Source: the human T2T-CHM13v2.0 reference genome, Homo sapiens
Length of the DNA stretch: 64,000 bases
Assembly (NCBI RefSeq): GCF_009914755.1
Contig: NC_060941.1
Direction: 5' to 3' (one strand)
The translations under genes and the position numbers were made by a program. Within the stretch, counting starts at the first letter, position 1; the number at the start of each line of letters is the position of its first letter. The notes beneath the pieces are model-generated. The model was not told the DNA's origin. It worked only from the letters and a program-made list of their open reading frames with translations, and did no database searches. Below, piece by piece: positions 50,080 through 64,000 of this stretch.

Positions 50080-50458
50080 TACACCATGGAATACTATGCA
50101 GCCATAAAAAATGATGAGTTCGTGTCCTTTGTAGGGACATGGATGAAGCTGGAAACCATCATTCTCAGCAAACTATCACAAGGACAAAAAACCAAACATC
50201 GCATGTTCTCACTCATAGGTGGGAATTGAACAATGAGAACACTTGGACATAGGAAGGGGAACATCACACACTGGGGCCTGTTGTGGGGTGGTGGAGAAGG
50301 GAGGGATAGCATTAGGAGATATACCTAATGTAAATGACGAGTTAATGGGTGCAGCACACCAATATAGCACATGTATACATATGTAACAAACCTGCGCGTT
50401 GTGCACATGTACCCTAGAACTTAAAGTATAATACTAATAATAATAATAATAGAAAAAG
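50080..50458 (+). mobile_element. 5'-truncated L1PA 3' end with (TAA)n tail
   Basis: tacaccatggaatactatgcagccataaaaaatgatgagttc...gtaccctagaacttaaagtataata; TSD aaaa(c/t)gctgcata at 50067-50079 and 50459-50471. Confidence 0.96.
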
Positions 50459-50515
50459 AAAATGCTGCATAACAAAATAAAATAATGACTTAGCAAATTA
50501 AAAGAGGAGGGAGAG

Positions 50516-51460
<945 letters not shown>

Positions 51461-52039
51461 AAATAAACTAAGCCCAGAATTTTGCCATGTCTAATTTGAA
51501 CAAAGAAAACTCAGATTCCTCCCTTACATCTTTGGGTTCATCCAAATGAACTCTCTTAATTGGCCCCAGACACTGACATCTGTGTGAGACTCATCCCCTC
51601 TTTACTCTCTATATTGGTTTCTAAAATGGCCACTTCTGCTGGATGTTAAGATTTTGGTTGTGAACTATCCTCCCACTCCCACTTTTCCCTCCACACACTC
51701 ACCCCCAAAAAGACTTTGGTTCCTGCTAAAAAGGCCAAGAATAAATCCTCTCCACCCCAATTATTCTACCAATACATCATTTTCCCTACTCTTTTCTCCC
51801 TAACCTCCAGATGTTGGACTCTGGAAATGGATAACTGTGGGAGGCAGTGGAATCTCCCTCTCCAAAGGACTTTACTGAGGGAGCGAGTCACATCTGTTGA
51901 GGATGGCTTGGATTTAAGTGCAGTTAGAACAAGTTAGTTATGGGTGGTTTGTCATTTTTGGAGTGCTGATTGCATACAGAGCCCAGTGACAGAGAGGGGC
52001 AGGAAATCAGGAGCCCTGGTGGCAGAGCAGACCTGCACA

Positions 52040-53450
52040 GAAGAAATAAATTGGTTGCCTGATGAAGCAATATTTGATCAATGACTTGTATGGACAACTC
52101 CTAGATTACACTTTTAGACCATATAAATCTGAGAGATAGCTTATGCTAGATGATAGACTATTATTCAAAATGGTCTTGACCAGCAGATTTCATTTAATAG
52201 AGATTAAAGATAATTTCTGTATTTGGTTAATCTAAGAACAAGATGAGAGAATTTTAGCTGGGCAAAGGATTGGGGGGATAAAAAGAATTAATTCAGGTGT
52301 TTTAGTTAACAAGCTCGAATTAATCACAGTATAAAAAGCTGCTTTTTAAAAAAGTCCACTAGTGCAATCTCTAGATATTTTAACAGAAATAGATCCATTC
52401 ATATAGTCATTCTTTTGTTCATTCTTTCAATAGCAAACATTAACTGAATACCTATTACATGCCTGGCACTGTGCTTAGAATGTGTTAATGAGCTCTAAGA
52501 GTTACATAGTACTCTTTATTCATAGTTTGAGTCTTATGTTCAATCCGGGATACCATGTTTTATCTTCATTGTCACACTATACAAGGATAATAGATATATA
52601 CCAAGTCAGGCACAGAATAGTCAAAGAAATTGAAGCTGTCTAGCCAGAGGTGTTAAGGTATGATAACTGCAGTGAAATATCTGAAGGATTACTGTGACAA
52701 TTGTTAAGTAGATTTACTTTATGTAGCATCATTTAGGAGAATTGACCGTGATAGTTTAAAAACATGTTTAGAAATTCTGTGATACCCTTCAAAAGATGGA
52801 GCCTAATTCCCCTTCCCTTGAATGCGGGTTAGACTTAGTGACACGCTTCTATTGACTAAAAATGTGGCAGAAATGATTATGTGTGACTTCCAAGACTAGG
52901 TCATAGAAGGCATCGTGGATTCCTCCATGCTCTTTCTCTGGGGGAAGCCAGCTGCCATGTCCTAGGGATACTCAAGCAGCCCTATGGAGAGGCTCACCTG
53001 GTAAGGAACTGAGGTCTCCTGCCAACAGCCATATGAGCAAACCATTTTGGAAGCAATTGTCCAGCTTCCAGTCAAGCCTTGTTTGACAACAGTCTTAACC
53101 AACAGGTTGACTTCAACATCATGAGCTATTCTTATCCAAAACCGACCAGCTAAGCTGCTCCTGAATTCCTGAACCACAGAAACTGTGTGAGATAATAAAT
53201 GTTTGTTGTTTTTAAGCTGCTAAATTTGTAGGTTAATTTGTTATTCAGCGATAGATAAGCAATACAGTGACCAAAAGATTCATCTGAGAAGGAAACCAAT
53301 TTAACCTTAACAGAAAAAATAATTGCAAATGAAAACTTTTGTCTAAGAGTGGAATGGTACCACTCACAGCTGAAGCAGTGAGATCCCTATGTTCAACCAG
53401 AAGCAGGACCACCAATTCTCAGGATACTGTGAAGGTGATATCTACACTGG
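52040..53450 (+). mobile_element. CR1/L3 LINE 3' fragment, interrupted by L2 and MLT1
   Basis: aacaagctcgaattaatcacagt...aagctgc...gtgcaatctctagatattttaacagaaatag resembles CR1 KLNMSQQC..AAKKANAILGCINRS. Confidence 0.5.
52747..53266 (+). mobile_element. MLT1 (F/G-like) solo LTR
   Basis: ggggaagccagctgccatgt...aaggaactgagg...aataaatgtttgttgtttttaagctgctaaattt...aataca; TSD ttgac/gtgac. Confidence 0.85.
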
Positions 53451-55269
53451 GTGCATGAGCATGAGCTTAGAACCCAAATTCTTTATTTTTCATCTCATTC
53501 TTCATATTCCAACCAGCCACCATTGATTTCCTAACCTTCAATCTTCTCTCTGGTTAAGAAAGTAAGGTCACCTTCATAGCAATGCAAAGCAACCCTGGCA
53601 TGATTTTCCTCTGGATCTTATTTGGGGCCTGATTGGCTTGCTCCCACCATGGAGGAGCCATTGCTTTGTTTTTGCAATGGCACCTCCACCATGATTTAGA
53701 GACCTACCAAGTTGAAATTGGATTTAAGACCTTATTGGCCCTGGATTGCACCAAGAGCACAGTAATCTCTTCAAAGCCCAAGCTGCAGCAGTCAGCATTC
53801 CCCCTGCTGCTATTGATAATTTGTACCATATTGACTGGGTTACTTATCATTTGCAAACAGGATCCCATGGTGACTGGATGTCAAATACATGGAAATAACT
53901 CTTCATCAACCTGGAGTCTGGGGCCCACCCTCCACCCACCCTTTGGCCACCAGAATGCCGGGCAGCCCAGGCTGTCCTTACCACCCACATACCCAGCTCA
54001 TTGCCTTGCTAAAGGTAAAGACCTCAGCCTCATCATGCATGCAGCTCCTGGGGGGAGGGAGGGATGGAGGGAACTGATGGGGACTGGGGAATCCCAAAGA
54101 GTAAACCCAAGGCAGGTGAAACATGCCCAGGACCTGAAGGATGCAATTAAGCCCAATTCACCGGGATCCAGAGTTTTTCTACCAAATTCCTGAGGAAACC
54201 AAATTGCATAATGTGTGACTTATTCAGAAACACACATCCCCGTGTTGTTGGCCAAGGCAGAGGCAATGTGGTGGGGGTCTTAGGCAAGGGGTGCAGGTGC
54301 ACAGAAATGAAAACAACAGACTAAAACAACAAGCTCCCTGGTCTATAAAGAACAGCCCCGTGTTTTGCCGGATTCCTCAGTCAGAGCGAGCATGCATATA
54401 TATGTGGGTTCTTGTGTGCATGTGCAGCTGGGACTGGGGGTGGGGAGGGTGGGGCCTTCCAGGGAGGAAGCAAGAACATGTCTACACATTTTAAGTGGCA
54501 ATTGCAAAGGAAACAATCAGAGGTGCTCTCACATACATTGGGCACTATTTACTTTTTGCCGGCTCCTATAACTTCTGAATCTCCCCCTTCTCGTTTCATA
54601 AACATTTTGTGTATAGTTTTAGGTGGCAATATTTTTGCTCATTTGGGAAGACTGTGCCTTTTTGGAGTTGAATCAGGCTAACTTGTGCCTTCCATGTTTC
54701 TTCAGGAGTGGGAAACAGGAGCAGTGACAAATGCTAAAATGTGGGATGGGGCAGAATGGTTTGAGATGAGAGAATTTGCAGAAAGCCAGGAGGAAGATGA
54801 TTGTTTAAAAAATAAAATTTTGTCATTGTCCCGCCTTGGGTCTTTTCCACACCTTTCCAGTGGAAAGCCTGTTTAACCTGCTTTAAAAAAATTGCAGCAA
54901 TTGGAAGTTATGAGTAAGGGTTGTGTTGCTTTTCTATTTGACCTCCACTCCTGCAGGACTGAACAGTTCAATCTCTCTTTCCCAGCTTACCTGTGGCATG
55001 TGGGGCCTGCTTGACTTGAATAAATGGCTGTTTATGGATGATAGCATCTGGTATGCCCCTGATTAGGTCACTGTGTTATGTTAAGTATTTCTACCTCCTG
55101 GTGGAGAAACCAAAGCTGACAGTTCTCAAGACCACCACTGCCCAACACAGACAGCACAGCACCCGAGATTGGATCTACCCCTTAGAAAGGCCAGTTAAGC
55201 TTTCTGTCAACTTGCAGCACTCCTCTGGGACTGTAGGAGGAGAGCAAAAGATAACAGCTTCAACCTAAT

Positions 55270-55660
55270 AATGACAATATTCATACTCCAATGGAGAACC
55301 TATCTGTACAGGACTCTGAACACCTCATCTGGTTTGATTCTCACCACCACCCTGGCAAAGTTGCTATTGTTGCTTTGATCCCCATTCTACAGATGCATGG
55401 ATTGAGGCTTGAATAAATTAAGCAACTTGCCCAGGGCCTCACCTGAAGTAAATAGAAGGCACGGAATTTGAGCTCAGGTCTTTCTGGCTCCCAAGTTTAG
55501 AACTGTTCTACCATAGGTTCTGGGAAAAGCAGCCTGGAGCAGTGAAAAGAGTCATAAATACTGTGCAACCCAGTTATTCAACCTCACCTTGCCTCAGTTT
55601 CCTTGGCCATAATATGTTAGAATTACTACCATTACCCTTAATAGGACTGCTGTGGGCCAG
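55270..55660. mobile_element. Two adjacent MIRs in opposite orientation
   Basis: cccattctacagatg...gaggct (minus) then gcctcagtttcctt (plus). Confidence 0.65.
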
Positions 55661-56137
55661 CTGAAATCTTAGATATGACTTGAAAATTTACTGAGTACCT
55701 CGTGGACAGTTTGTTGACTGAAAGAATAGCAATAAATGAATCAATAAATAGGTAAACTAACATTTCTTCTGAGTGTAAGTTCCCAAAGGAACCCCTATGA
55801 CTGTTACTCAGGAGAGTAATCTAAAGACTCCCACTGCTAGCTCCTGAGTTCCTGAACAGCAATGGAAGATTTGGATCTTTAAGATCAGAGTTTCCTGCAT
55901 GAAGCAAAGAACTATGTTTTCCTGAACTGTAGGCCAATGAAACTCCAAAAAGACATGTTTTTCCAATGTTCTCTCAGTAGCTATCCTAGGATGTAGAGGA
56001 ACATGTGAAAAAAAAACCAAATGGATTCGTTTTTTAATAAGGTCTGAAAGGCATACCAAATTATTTCGGTTCTCCAAGGTGTCTGCTTCCCTCCAGCTGT
56101 CCAGGGTTTTCAGCTGGGTCTCAGAAACGAAGTTCAG

Positions 56138-56274
56138 GACACCCAGACAAGTAATTCTAACCAGCAGTGCCAGGAAAATATTAATGTTTAAAAAAATAAA
56201 GCAGAGATTTGTTTATTTTTTAAACATATACATATCTTCCTATAACGTCCCTCACACCCAACAGCCCTGGACAA
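56138..56274 (+). repeat. 137-bp local duplication, copy 1
   Basis: Identical to 59392-59528 except 4 substitutions. Confidence 0.95.
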
Positions 56275-57224
56275 TTCTGCTTTCACCTGAGCAGGATTAA
56301 CAAGTTCAGAGCCAAATCTATTCGTGTCTCACTAACCCAACCTTGTAAGCATCACCCCCAACCTCTTTTTTCCTCTTGACGCTGATTTTCAAGCCTTCAC
56401 TCCCCTGTGAGATAAATTGGTTCTATTCCGAAGATGGTGGGGGCGTTCGGCTGGGATGACGCCGTTGTGGTGAGCAAAGCCTCCGGAACTATTGGGCCTG
56501 AAACTCTCTCCAACCCTGGCCTTTAAACAGCCAGTTCCCCAGATACGGCAGCCAAGGCCTGCAGCCTCCTGCCTTGAGAAACAGCCCAGGGGTCGCAGAA
56601 GGAGACCCCAGAGAGCCATAGGGTTAACCAACCAACCATAAACATTACCTCCTCTGTTGATCTTCAAAAGTTTGGGGAAAGAAAACAAACCACATAAATC
56701 TTTATCAGGGCTCCTTACAACTGCCCTGGGAGGTGGCTCCAAGAAGAACTCGGTAGTGACTCTGTACGGAGGATAAAAAATGACTTCAATGAGCAAATCC
56801 AGTGCCAGAAACAGATTGCTTTTATTTCTATTTTATTTTTTTACTCTCCACCCACCCTCCACCCCCATAAAAATGACTTCTTTTTGTTATTTGCCACCCA
56901 GAAACTCCATGGCGAGAATCCCTAGTCTTCTATTGGCTTCATTGTTTCCACTGTAGATAATTCCTGGACAATGCAAAAGAAAGAGGAAACGTTAGCTCAA
57001 GGGCTATAGTGTTTAGAAGTCAAGGGAAGAGGTGCCATGTCCATGTTAGAGGCTAACCAGATAACTAACACATCTTCTATGAATGGGATCATGGAGTAGA
57101 GTAGATTAGATGTGGGACGGCCACTCCCTCCTGAAAATCTTTCAGTAATACACCTTTCCATCCAGGACAAACTCTCCAAACCCTTCCTAAACTTCCAAGC
57201 AGACATACAAGGCGGTGTGGCCTG

Positions 57225-57590
57225 CACCCAAGAGCACAGAATCTAAACCTGGCTTCTGACCCTCACTCTCTAGGGGAACTTGGGGAAGCCACTCACCTTC
57301 TGCAGGCCCCATGCCCTCATCATAATAACAGTAGGTAACATTTATGAGCCATCTAGTAACTCCAGCTTAACATGTTGTTAAATGCCTTGTGTACATTTTA
57401 AACCATAACTCTCTGAGGTTTTATGAAACCCATTTTACAGATGAGGAAACTAAGACTTACAGAGGTGAAGTAATTCATCCAAAGTGACATGAAAACAGGG
57501 ATAATAGCACTTACCTCATAGAGTGGTGAGGAGTGAATGAGATAATGTCTGTAACGTGCTTAGCATGATTCCTGGCACCTCGTGAGCTCT
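57225..57590. mobile_element. MIR (+) containing a nested MIR (-) at ~57330-57490
   Basis: cccattttacagatgaggaaactaagact splits a plus-strand MIR that resumes at gggataatagcacttacctcatag. Confidence 0.68.
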
Positions 57591-59096
57591 CATTCAGAGA
57601 GTTCTCCCGCCTCTGGAAATCGTCCCTGAACCCTGACCCTCAACCTGCCCCACCCTCCCAACCTCTCTACTGGGTCCCTGCTCCCAGGCCCTTGTCAGTC
57701 ACCCCACCTCAGGAGCCCTTCAGGGGCAGCGATGTGTCTCATTTCTGTAGTGTCAGCCAGTGTCTGGCACACAGTAGGGGCAGAGTAAGTGAGTGTTAAA
57801 CAATGAATGAAACGTTATAAGCAAATGCCTAATTAGTAGACAGCTAATGCAAAAAAAAAAAAAAGCAAAAATAAATACTAATAATGAAATGACTTGTTCT
57901 AAGGATGGCAAAAGATCCAAAATTTCCTGGAGGAGCCTGTATGCTAGTGGAAAAATGTACAAAAGGGAACGAGGAACTAAGTCATCCTCTTTTTTTAAAT
58001 ACCAGCTTTCACTGCAGTTTAAGGGCTTCACAGACTTCCCCAGAATGCCCATGAATCATAGGAAGAGAACCCAAGAGTCCTGGGTCCCAGCCATTCTGAC
58101 TAACTTTAGCAAATGTCCTCCAAGCCCATGGAAGGCAGACTGGTATGGAAACCACACCCATATCCACCTGTGTGCACACTCACACACACCTGCACACACA
58201 CACACCTGCACACATACACATGCACTTACACAACACCAACAAATCAATCTCTCAGCATTGACTGAGCACTTAGCTGGTGCAGTGCCCCTTACAAAATTCA
58301 GTAATAAGATATAAAAGATTCCAAAGACCCCAGGACACTGACCATACAGAATGAACAGTCTAGCTGTGGAGTAGGGGCTGGGAAAATGAGCAAGTGTATT
58401 GCTATACTAATAATACTAGCTATCATCTTCCGGATATGTGCCAGGGATACACAGAATCCCCAAGGATAATGTGTTGTTTGAAAACGGATGTTCATTCATT
58501 CAACAAGTGTTTATAGTGCTTCCACCCTGTGCCAAGTGTTGTTCTAAGTGAAGAGGATAAAACAGTCAACAAGCTGGACAAAGGCCCTGCCTTCATGGCG
58601 TTTACCTTCTAGTACTAGAAATTTTAAAACCCAATGTTACAAATTTGTTTGAAAACGGGAATGAAATGTAAAACAAACTACAGAAAGTTAAGCTTCACAC
58701 AAAGCTTCTCATTTACTGGGGAAACACAGAAGATGGTGATTCTTTAGAAAGAAGAGGACAGGTGCCTTTGGCAGAATCTTTAGGAGGTAGGATGGTGGAG
58801 GCTGGTGTGTTTCTCAAAAGGCAGAAGGAATTAAAAGAGGCCTCCTTAAAGTTAGGGCACTTACCTGATGTCCTCCAACTAGTAGCCTAGGGATATTTCC
58901 ACCAGTAAAATTCCCTCTCCCATCATATCCTGAACCACATTGGCAAGATATGGTGGGAGAAAGCCCATTGGCCTGGAAGCCAGACAGAGTGCATGTAAGC
59001 CCAAATAGTTCACTAACTCCTATAAAATTGTAGGGTAACCACTCACCTCCCCATTATGTAACAAGAAGCCTGGGTATAAAGCTGCTACTTAACGAT

Positions 59097-59184
59097 TCTT
59101 CTCCTTCTCCTTCTCCTCCTCCTCCTTCTTCTTGTTCTTCTCCTCCTCCTCCTCCTCTTCCTTCTTCTTCTTCCTCTTCTTCTT
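59097..59184 (+). repeat. (CTC/CTT)n polypyrimidine triplet repeat
   Basis: Direct reading. Confidence 0.93.
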
Positions 59185-59259
59185 GTAATTGCTGTTGGCT
59201 TCAGACTTACCCCCCACACAACACCATCCTCGACCTCACGGCTTTAGACAGATAAGGGC

Positions 59260-59566
59260 AGCACTGTTTACTATGGGACAGCGCTAGACACTGCCCACAC
59301 ATCACCTCATTTAATCCTCTCAACACCCTCAAAGGGATGTATGGCTTGTGATTCGCTCAAGATCCCACAACTGGAAAATGGCTGAGTTGAAGACACTCAG
59401 ACAAGTAATTCTAACCAGCAGTGCCAGGAAAATATTAATGTTTAAAAAAATAAAGCAGAGATTGGTTTATTTTTTAAACATATACATATCTTCCTGTAAC
59501 GTCCCTCACACCCAAGAGCCCTGGACAAGGGCTTCATGCACTTAACCACTGGGCCATACTGGCTCC
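59260..59566 (-). mobile_element. MIR SINE interrupted by the duplicated segment
   Basis: ctcatttaatcctctcaacaccct...gctcaagatcccacaactggaaaatggctgag on the left; catgcacttaaccactgggccatactg on the right. Confidence 0.72.
59392..59528 (+). repeat. 137-bp local duplication, copy 2
   Basis: Offset exactly 3254 bp from copy 1. Confidence 0.95.
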
Positions 59567-59729
59567 CTGGGATCCTGAAAGCATTGCCTTCCCCAAGGCA
59601 CTGTCCTAGCTCAAGAACCTCTCTGCCAGCCCAGGTGACCACCAGCTGCACCAGGTTCAAGTGCTCACTCTGGTTGACCAGATCTCCCTATTAGCTCCTG
59701 CCATGCCATTCTCTCTCCTGTATCTGTCC

Positions 59730-59803
59730 TTTTCCCATGTGCCTTCCCCACCCTGAACATCTTTTTTTCCCATGTGCCTTCCCCACCCTGAGCATCTTTT
59801 TTT
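59730..59803 (+). repeat. 35-bp tandem duplication
   Basis: ttttcccatgtgccttccccaccctga(a/g)catcttt x2. Confidence 0.93.
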
Positions 59804-60234
59804 GAGCCATCTATCTATCTAAATGTTAAAGGTCCATTTCTTCCCCATAACTTTCTTCAGCTTCTCTGTCCCGCACGGATCTAAATCTTCTCTGAAATGT
59901 CTAGTTCACACTTAGAGTCAGCATTGCCTTGTCTAACACTTACCTGTTCTCAACTCAACAAGCATTTATTTATTGAGCCCCTGCTCTATGCCAGGTGCAG
60001 TATTCAGACCTGTAGAGAACACTGAAATGGAAAGATCCTCAAGGTTTCTGCAATCTCTAAGGGGACGACAAGATGTGCATGCAAATGACTGTACTTTATC
60101 CAAGACAGCATAGTGTCAGGTCCATGAGAAAGATCCATGCAGTTTTAGAGATGTTTGTTCAGTGTCCTTGGCTAGGTGTGTGGAGGTATGCACATATAGT
60201 GTGTGCAAACTCACTTCCATCTCCCACCAAATGA

Positions 60235-60500
60235 GGCAGCATAAGAAGGGGGTGAAGGGAGCGGGTTCTAGAACCAGAATGCTGGGGCTCAAATCATCAA
60301 CTGTGTGACTTTGGATAAGTTACTGAACCTTGCCTCAGTTTCCTCATTTGCGAAAATGAGGATAAAAATAGCACATCTCTCACAAGGTGGCTGCGAAGAG
60401 TAAATGAGTTTATATATGTGAAGTCACCACCTAGTTTCATGCCTGGTACATGAAAAGTACTCAGTAAATGTCTGCTTTTATCAATATTAACATTATTATT
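60235..60500 (+). mobile_element. MIR SINE, near full length
   Basis: ctgtgtgactttggataagttactgaaccttgcctcagtttcctcatttgcgaaaatgaggata. Confidence 0.85.
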
Positions 60501-61304
60501 ATCCAGGCCAAAGGAAGTTCCTCTGCTCCGCCATTTTTTGTTTGTTTGATATTTTGTGCAAAGTCCTATCAACATGCCATTTTTAGACTGTATCATTGGA
60601 CCTTTTCTGCAGTCCTAACAGAATTCTCCCGCTGCTAGTTGAAGGGGGAGGTGGGGGGCGGGTTTCACTGATTTTATTATATGGTAGTTGTTGCTTTCCT
60701 CCTTTCCAACATTTTAACAGATTGCTCTTGTTTTCCCTGTCTTTGGAGGGAAAATGGGGAACACAATTTTCCAAATGAAATCAATGCATAAAGCAAAGAG
60801 CTCGGCTCCTCCTTCCTGCGGACATAGCCCTGCCAGCTGCTAGGCATCCCTCCTTCATGCAGGCAGCCCCTCCAGTTTATACTTCCCAGTGGGACAGTAA
60901 TTTTCAGTTCAGGCCAAAAGGCTTTGTTTAAATGTGACACTTATGTGGTAATAGAGCGTATTGCAGGGGTCTTTTTTTCTGAGGGTCAATGTTGAATTTA
61001 CTCTCAAAATAAACAACTCTATCCTTTTCCATCATCTCAAAGTTGTGGGTGGGATTGAAAAAGGTGGAAGAGACTACAGCATGAAGAAAACGGAAGGAAA
61101 AGAAAAAGACAGGGAAGGCTCCAAGGAAGTTTAGAAAAGAAGGAGAAGAATAGGAATCAGTGTCCTCCACAAATGAAGCAAATCTACCTCCTATCTTCCT
61201 GAATGATTTCACAAATAACAACAGCAGATATTTACTGCAAATCTGCTGTGTGCCAAACAGTACACTAAATGTGTTACTGACATGGTCTCATTTAATTAAT
61301 TAGA

Positions 61305-61428
61305 TTTTTTAAGAGATGGAATCTCGCTATGTTGCCCAGGCTGGACTTGAACTCCTGGGCTCAAACCATTCTCCCACCTCAGCCTCCCAAGTAGCCAGGA
61401 CTACAGGCTCACACCACCACACCCAGCT
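61305..61428 (-). mobile_element. FLAM Alu monomer inserted in a MIR (~61230-61600)
   Basis: gagatggaatctcgctatgttgcccaggctggacttgaactcctgggctcaa. Confidence 0.88.
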
Positions 61429-62404
61429 TTATTTATTTTCATCTGAATCCCCCTGCAGTATATGTGATTATGACCATTTTGCAGATGAGGACACTGAGAA
61501 TCAGAGAGGTGATATAACCTGCCCTAAATTGCATAGCTAGCAAGTTTGTCCAGCTGAGGTGAGAACCCAAGTCTCTCTGGCTCTGCTGAATGTGTGCTGT
61601 CTACTGTTCCTTGGGGCAGCATTTGAGGACTGTTCAGTAATGGAGTTGATGAGGGGAAAATCATGGGATCGTATGTTCTAAACTAAGAATCGATATAGAG
61701 CTGGACACACGTTATAACAAAGCCGTGTAACATTTGATATTGAGTCTGCCTAGAATATATAAAATAAATGGTTGCCCTACAAGAGGGTAAGGCTGAGGTA
61801 GAAAGCAACAGGACAAGCAAGGGATGAATGGAACTTGGGAATGCATTTCCAAGTGGAGAGGGAGAGGAGAGATTGGGTGCTGGGGAGAGACAGGAGCTAA
61901 TGGTTACCCTGTAACAGTGAGTCTAGAACTCATGAGATGCTACACCGAGAAGCCAAAGGAAGCCTTGAATCTTGCTGTATGCCAGGCAAAGGAAAGAGTG
62001 TGTCACAGAAGCCTTGTAGCTGTAGATTGTCACAGTCACCACCCAGGTGTCTCCAAGCAATACTGTGGGACTCTTAGCACAGAGCAGTCTGTGGATTTTC
62101 CAGCACTCCTCGAAGAAATTGTTTCAAGGGCTTAAGTTTTCTTTCCAGAAACCTAGCTTAAAACCAATTCTCTGCCAGACGTGCTCTCCAGGAATTCTTG
62201 ACTGTGAATATCCTTCTCACCCAGTTAATTTATGGCATAAGCACCCCCATCTTGAAACAGATTGAATTAGGCAAAATTAGAAGTCTGGATCATCTCTTGA
62301 GCCTACCTCCAGGGACAAGAAGAATGATGAAGACATGGAGATTCCAGATAAAATTGGACAAAATGAACACAATTATTCCTCAACTGGAATTTTGGAAGGA
62401 CTTA

Positions 62405-62755
<351 letters not shown>

Positions 62756-63379
62756 AAAAACAGTCCTTTGTCACTTCAACCCATTGACGTGCTTGGGGCT
62801 TGTTGATGTATTATTCATGTTCTTTCTCATCCCATGGACGTAATGAAATAAGAAATAGATATCAGTTCACAAGAATAATGACTGATGATTTGGTATATGG
62901 GATGCACAGACCAAAGACTCAAAAGTCAACTCTTATTAAAGCACTGTAATCCACATTAATATGACAGACCAGAATAACTCTGAGCAAGCCATTATGGTCC
63001 ATTATGAAAATAACGTTCATTTGCAAAATGAGGAACATACCAAAATGAAAGTTGTTCCAGTTCTTTCAGCTAAATTACACATTAAGCATGCAGACTTCCT
63101 CTTCCAACATTTTGAAATGGTTTAATGTGCACTCAGGCTGGCCAAGCCATGGATTTTCTAAGACTGCCACAAAGGTGAAGCCTAGAAAAATGAGGGCTGA
63201 TTGCCAGAGAGACATTCAGCCCTCCTGGGGTGTTGATCAGGTGGTCATGACTGTGCTTTGGAACTTCACCTTGGGGGATAAGATTGACACCAACAGGCAG
63301 CTGTGAATCCCAGCTGGCTTCATGCAAGAGCTTATTGGCTGCCCACCTCCAGTAGTTGGTTGTTAGAACTTGGGGATGA

Positions 63380-64000
63380 AGTGTAGTGGACATTTGTTGT
63401 TTTTGCCTTTCGAGCATTCATTCGTACCGTCTTCTGGTAACAGCCCCCTGAATTTCCTTTGGAAACCATCTCTTCACTATTCTCAGTCCATGCAGTAATA
63501 GCTAAGAATGGTAACTAACATACATTAAGCTCTAACCACATGGCAGGCACTGATCTGAGCATTTTGCATAATTAACTCATTTAATCCTCATACCAACTCT
63601 TTGGTACAGGTACTATTATTATTCCCATTTGAGAGATGTCTCAGATAACTTACAAATAAATATGTAATTTGCTCTTAAATGGCAGAACTGAGATTTACAA
63701 ATCCAGGTAGACTGCATGCAGTGCCTGTGATCCTAACCACTAGTAGTTGCAGTAGGGCTGAACTCTAACACAACTTCAGGCTCATGAACTAGGTCTGGCC
63801 AATTCAAGCATCATATATTACCCAAAGTAAGCCAATCTTGTCCAATGCAAACCCAAGGTTTTATGCTGGAACAACCAAACGTAGTTTCTTGTTTGTTTGT
63901 GTCTTCTGAGCCTGGACCTGAGACAGGAAGTCTTGAATGTCTGGGAACCACCATTTAGAGAGAACCTAAGAATAATGCCAATGCAGATAAGATCAAAGCT
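63380..64000 (+). mobile_element. Old MLT1 (J/K-like) LTR interrupted by an antisense MIR (~63510-63745)
   Basis: cttctggtaacagccccctgaatttcctttggaaaccatc...catgaactaggtctggccaat; MIR core attcccatttgagagatg. Confidence 0.5.

Noticed and set aside
53633-54193. 186-aa ORF
   Set aside because: TTG start, no recognisable domain, no convincing exon structure; chance ORF
57847-58314. 155-aa ORF
   Set aside because: Poly-A and CA-rich low-complexity origin; no homology recognised
56079-59545. Two ORFs sharing RQVILTSSARKILMFKKIKQR as paralogous small proteins
   Set aside because: Similarity is fully explained by a non-coding 137-bp DNA duplication

Overview
Primate, most likely human, genomic DNA (Alu, L1PA, MIR, L2, MaLR repeats). 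It holds the 3' half of a + strand gene that I recognise from protein sequence as ANKFN1 (17q22, homolog of Drosophila wide awake and mouse Nmf9). Six GT-AG coding exons (3628-3794, 6808-6958, 8496-8664, 18327-18493, 25026-25242, 36599-37395) splice into one open frame of 1668 nt (555 aa + stop, ending ...ILSSML). Read-through of the third exon's donor gives a short isoform ending ...ELGIVACFT*, with two AATAAA signals just behind it. A ~5.7 kb 3' UTR probably ends near 43145. The remaining ~21 kb is repeat-rich intergenic DNA (NOG is the next gene, from memory) with candidate enhancer, CTCF and G4 sites. No prokaryotic-type system is present and almost all ORFs in the track are spurious. The most unusual signals: (1) a perfect 26-bp hairpin in the 3' UTR, distal to an alternative poly(A) signal; (2) a second 23-bp hairpin downstream of the gene; (3) a 137-bp unique segment copied 3254 bp away into a MIR, plus other templated-repair-like scars; (4) a possible three-way C-terminal isoform switch (intronic poly(A), tandem 5' splice sites, PDZ-type tail); (5) complementary (GT)n/(CA)n repeats in one intron. 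Repeat boundaries and subfamilies are by eye and approximate.
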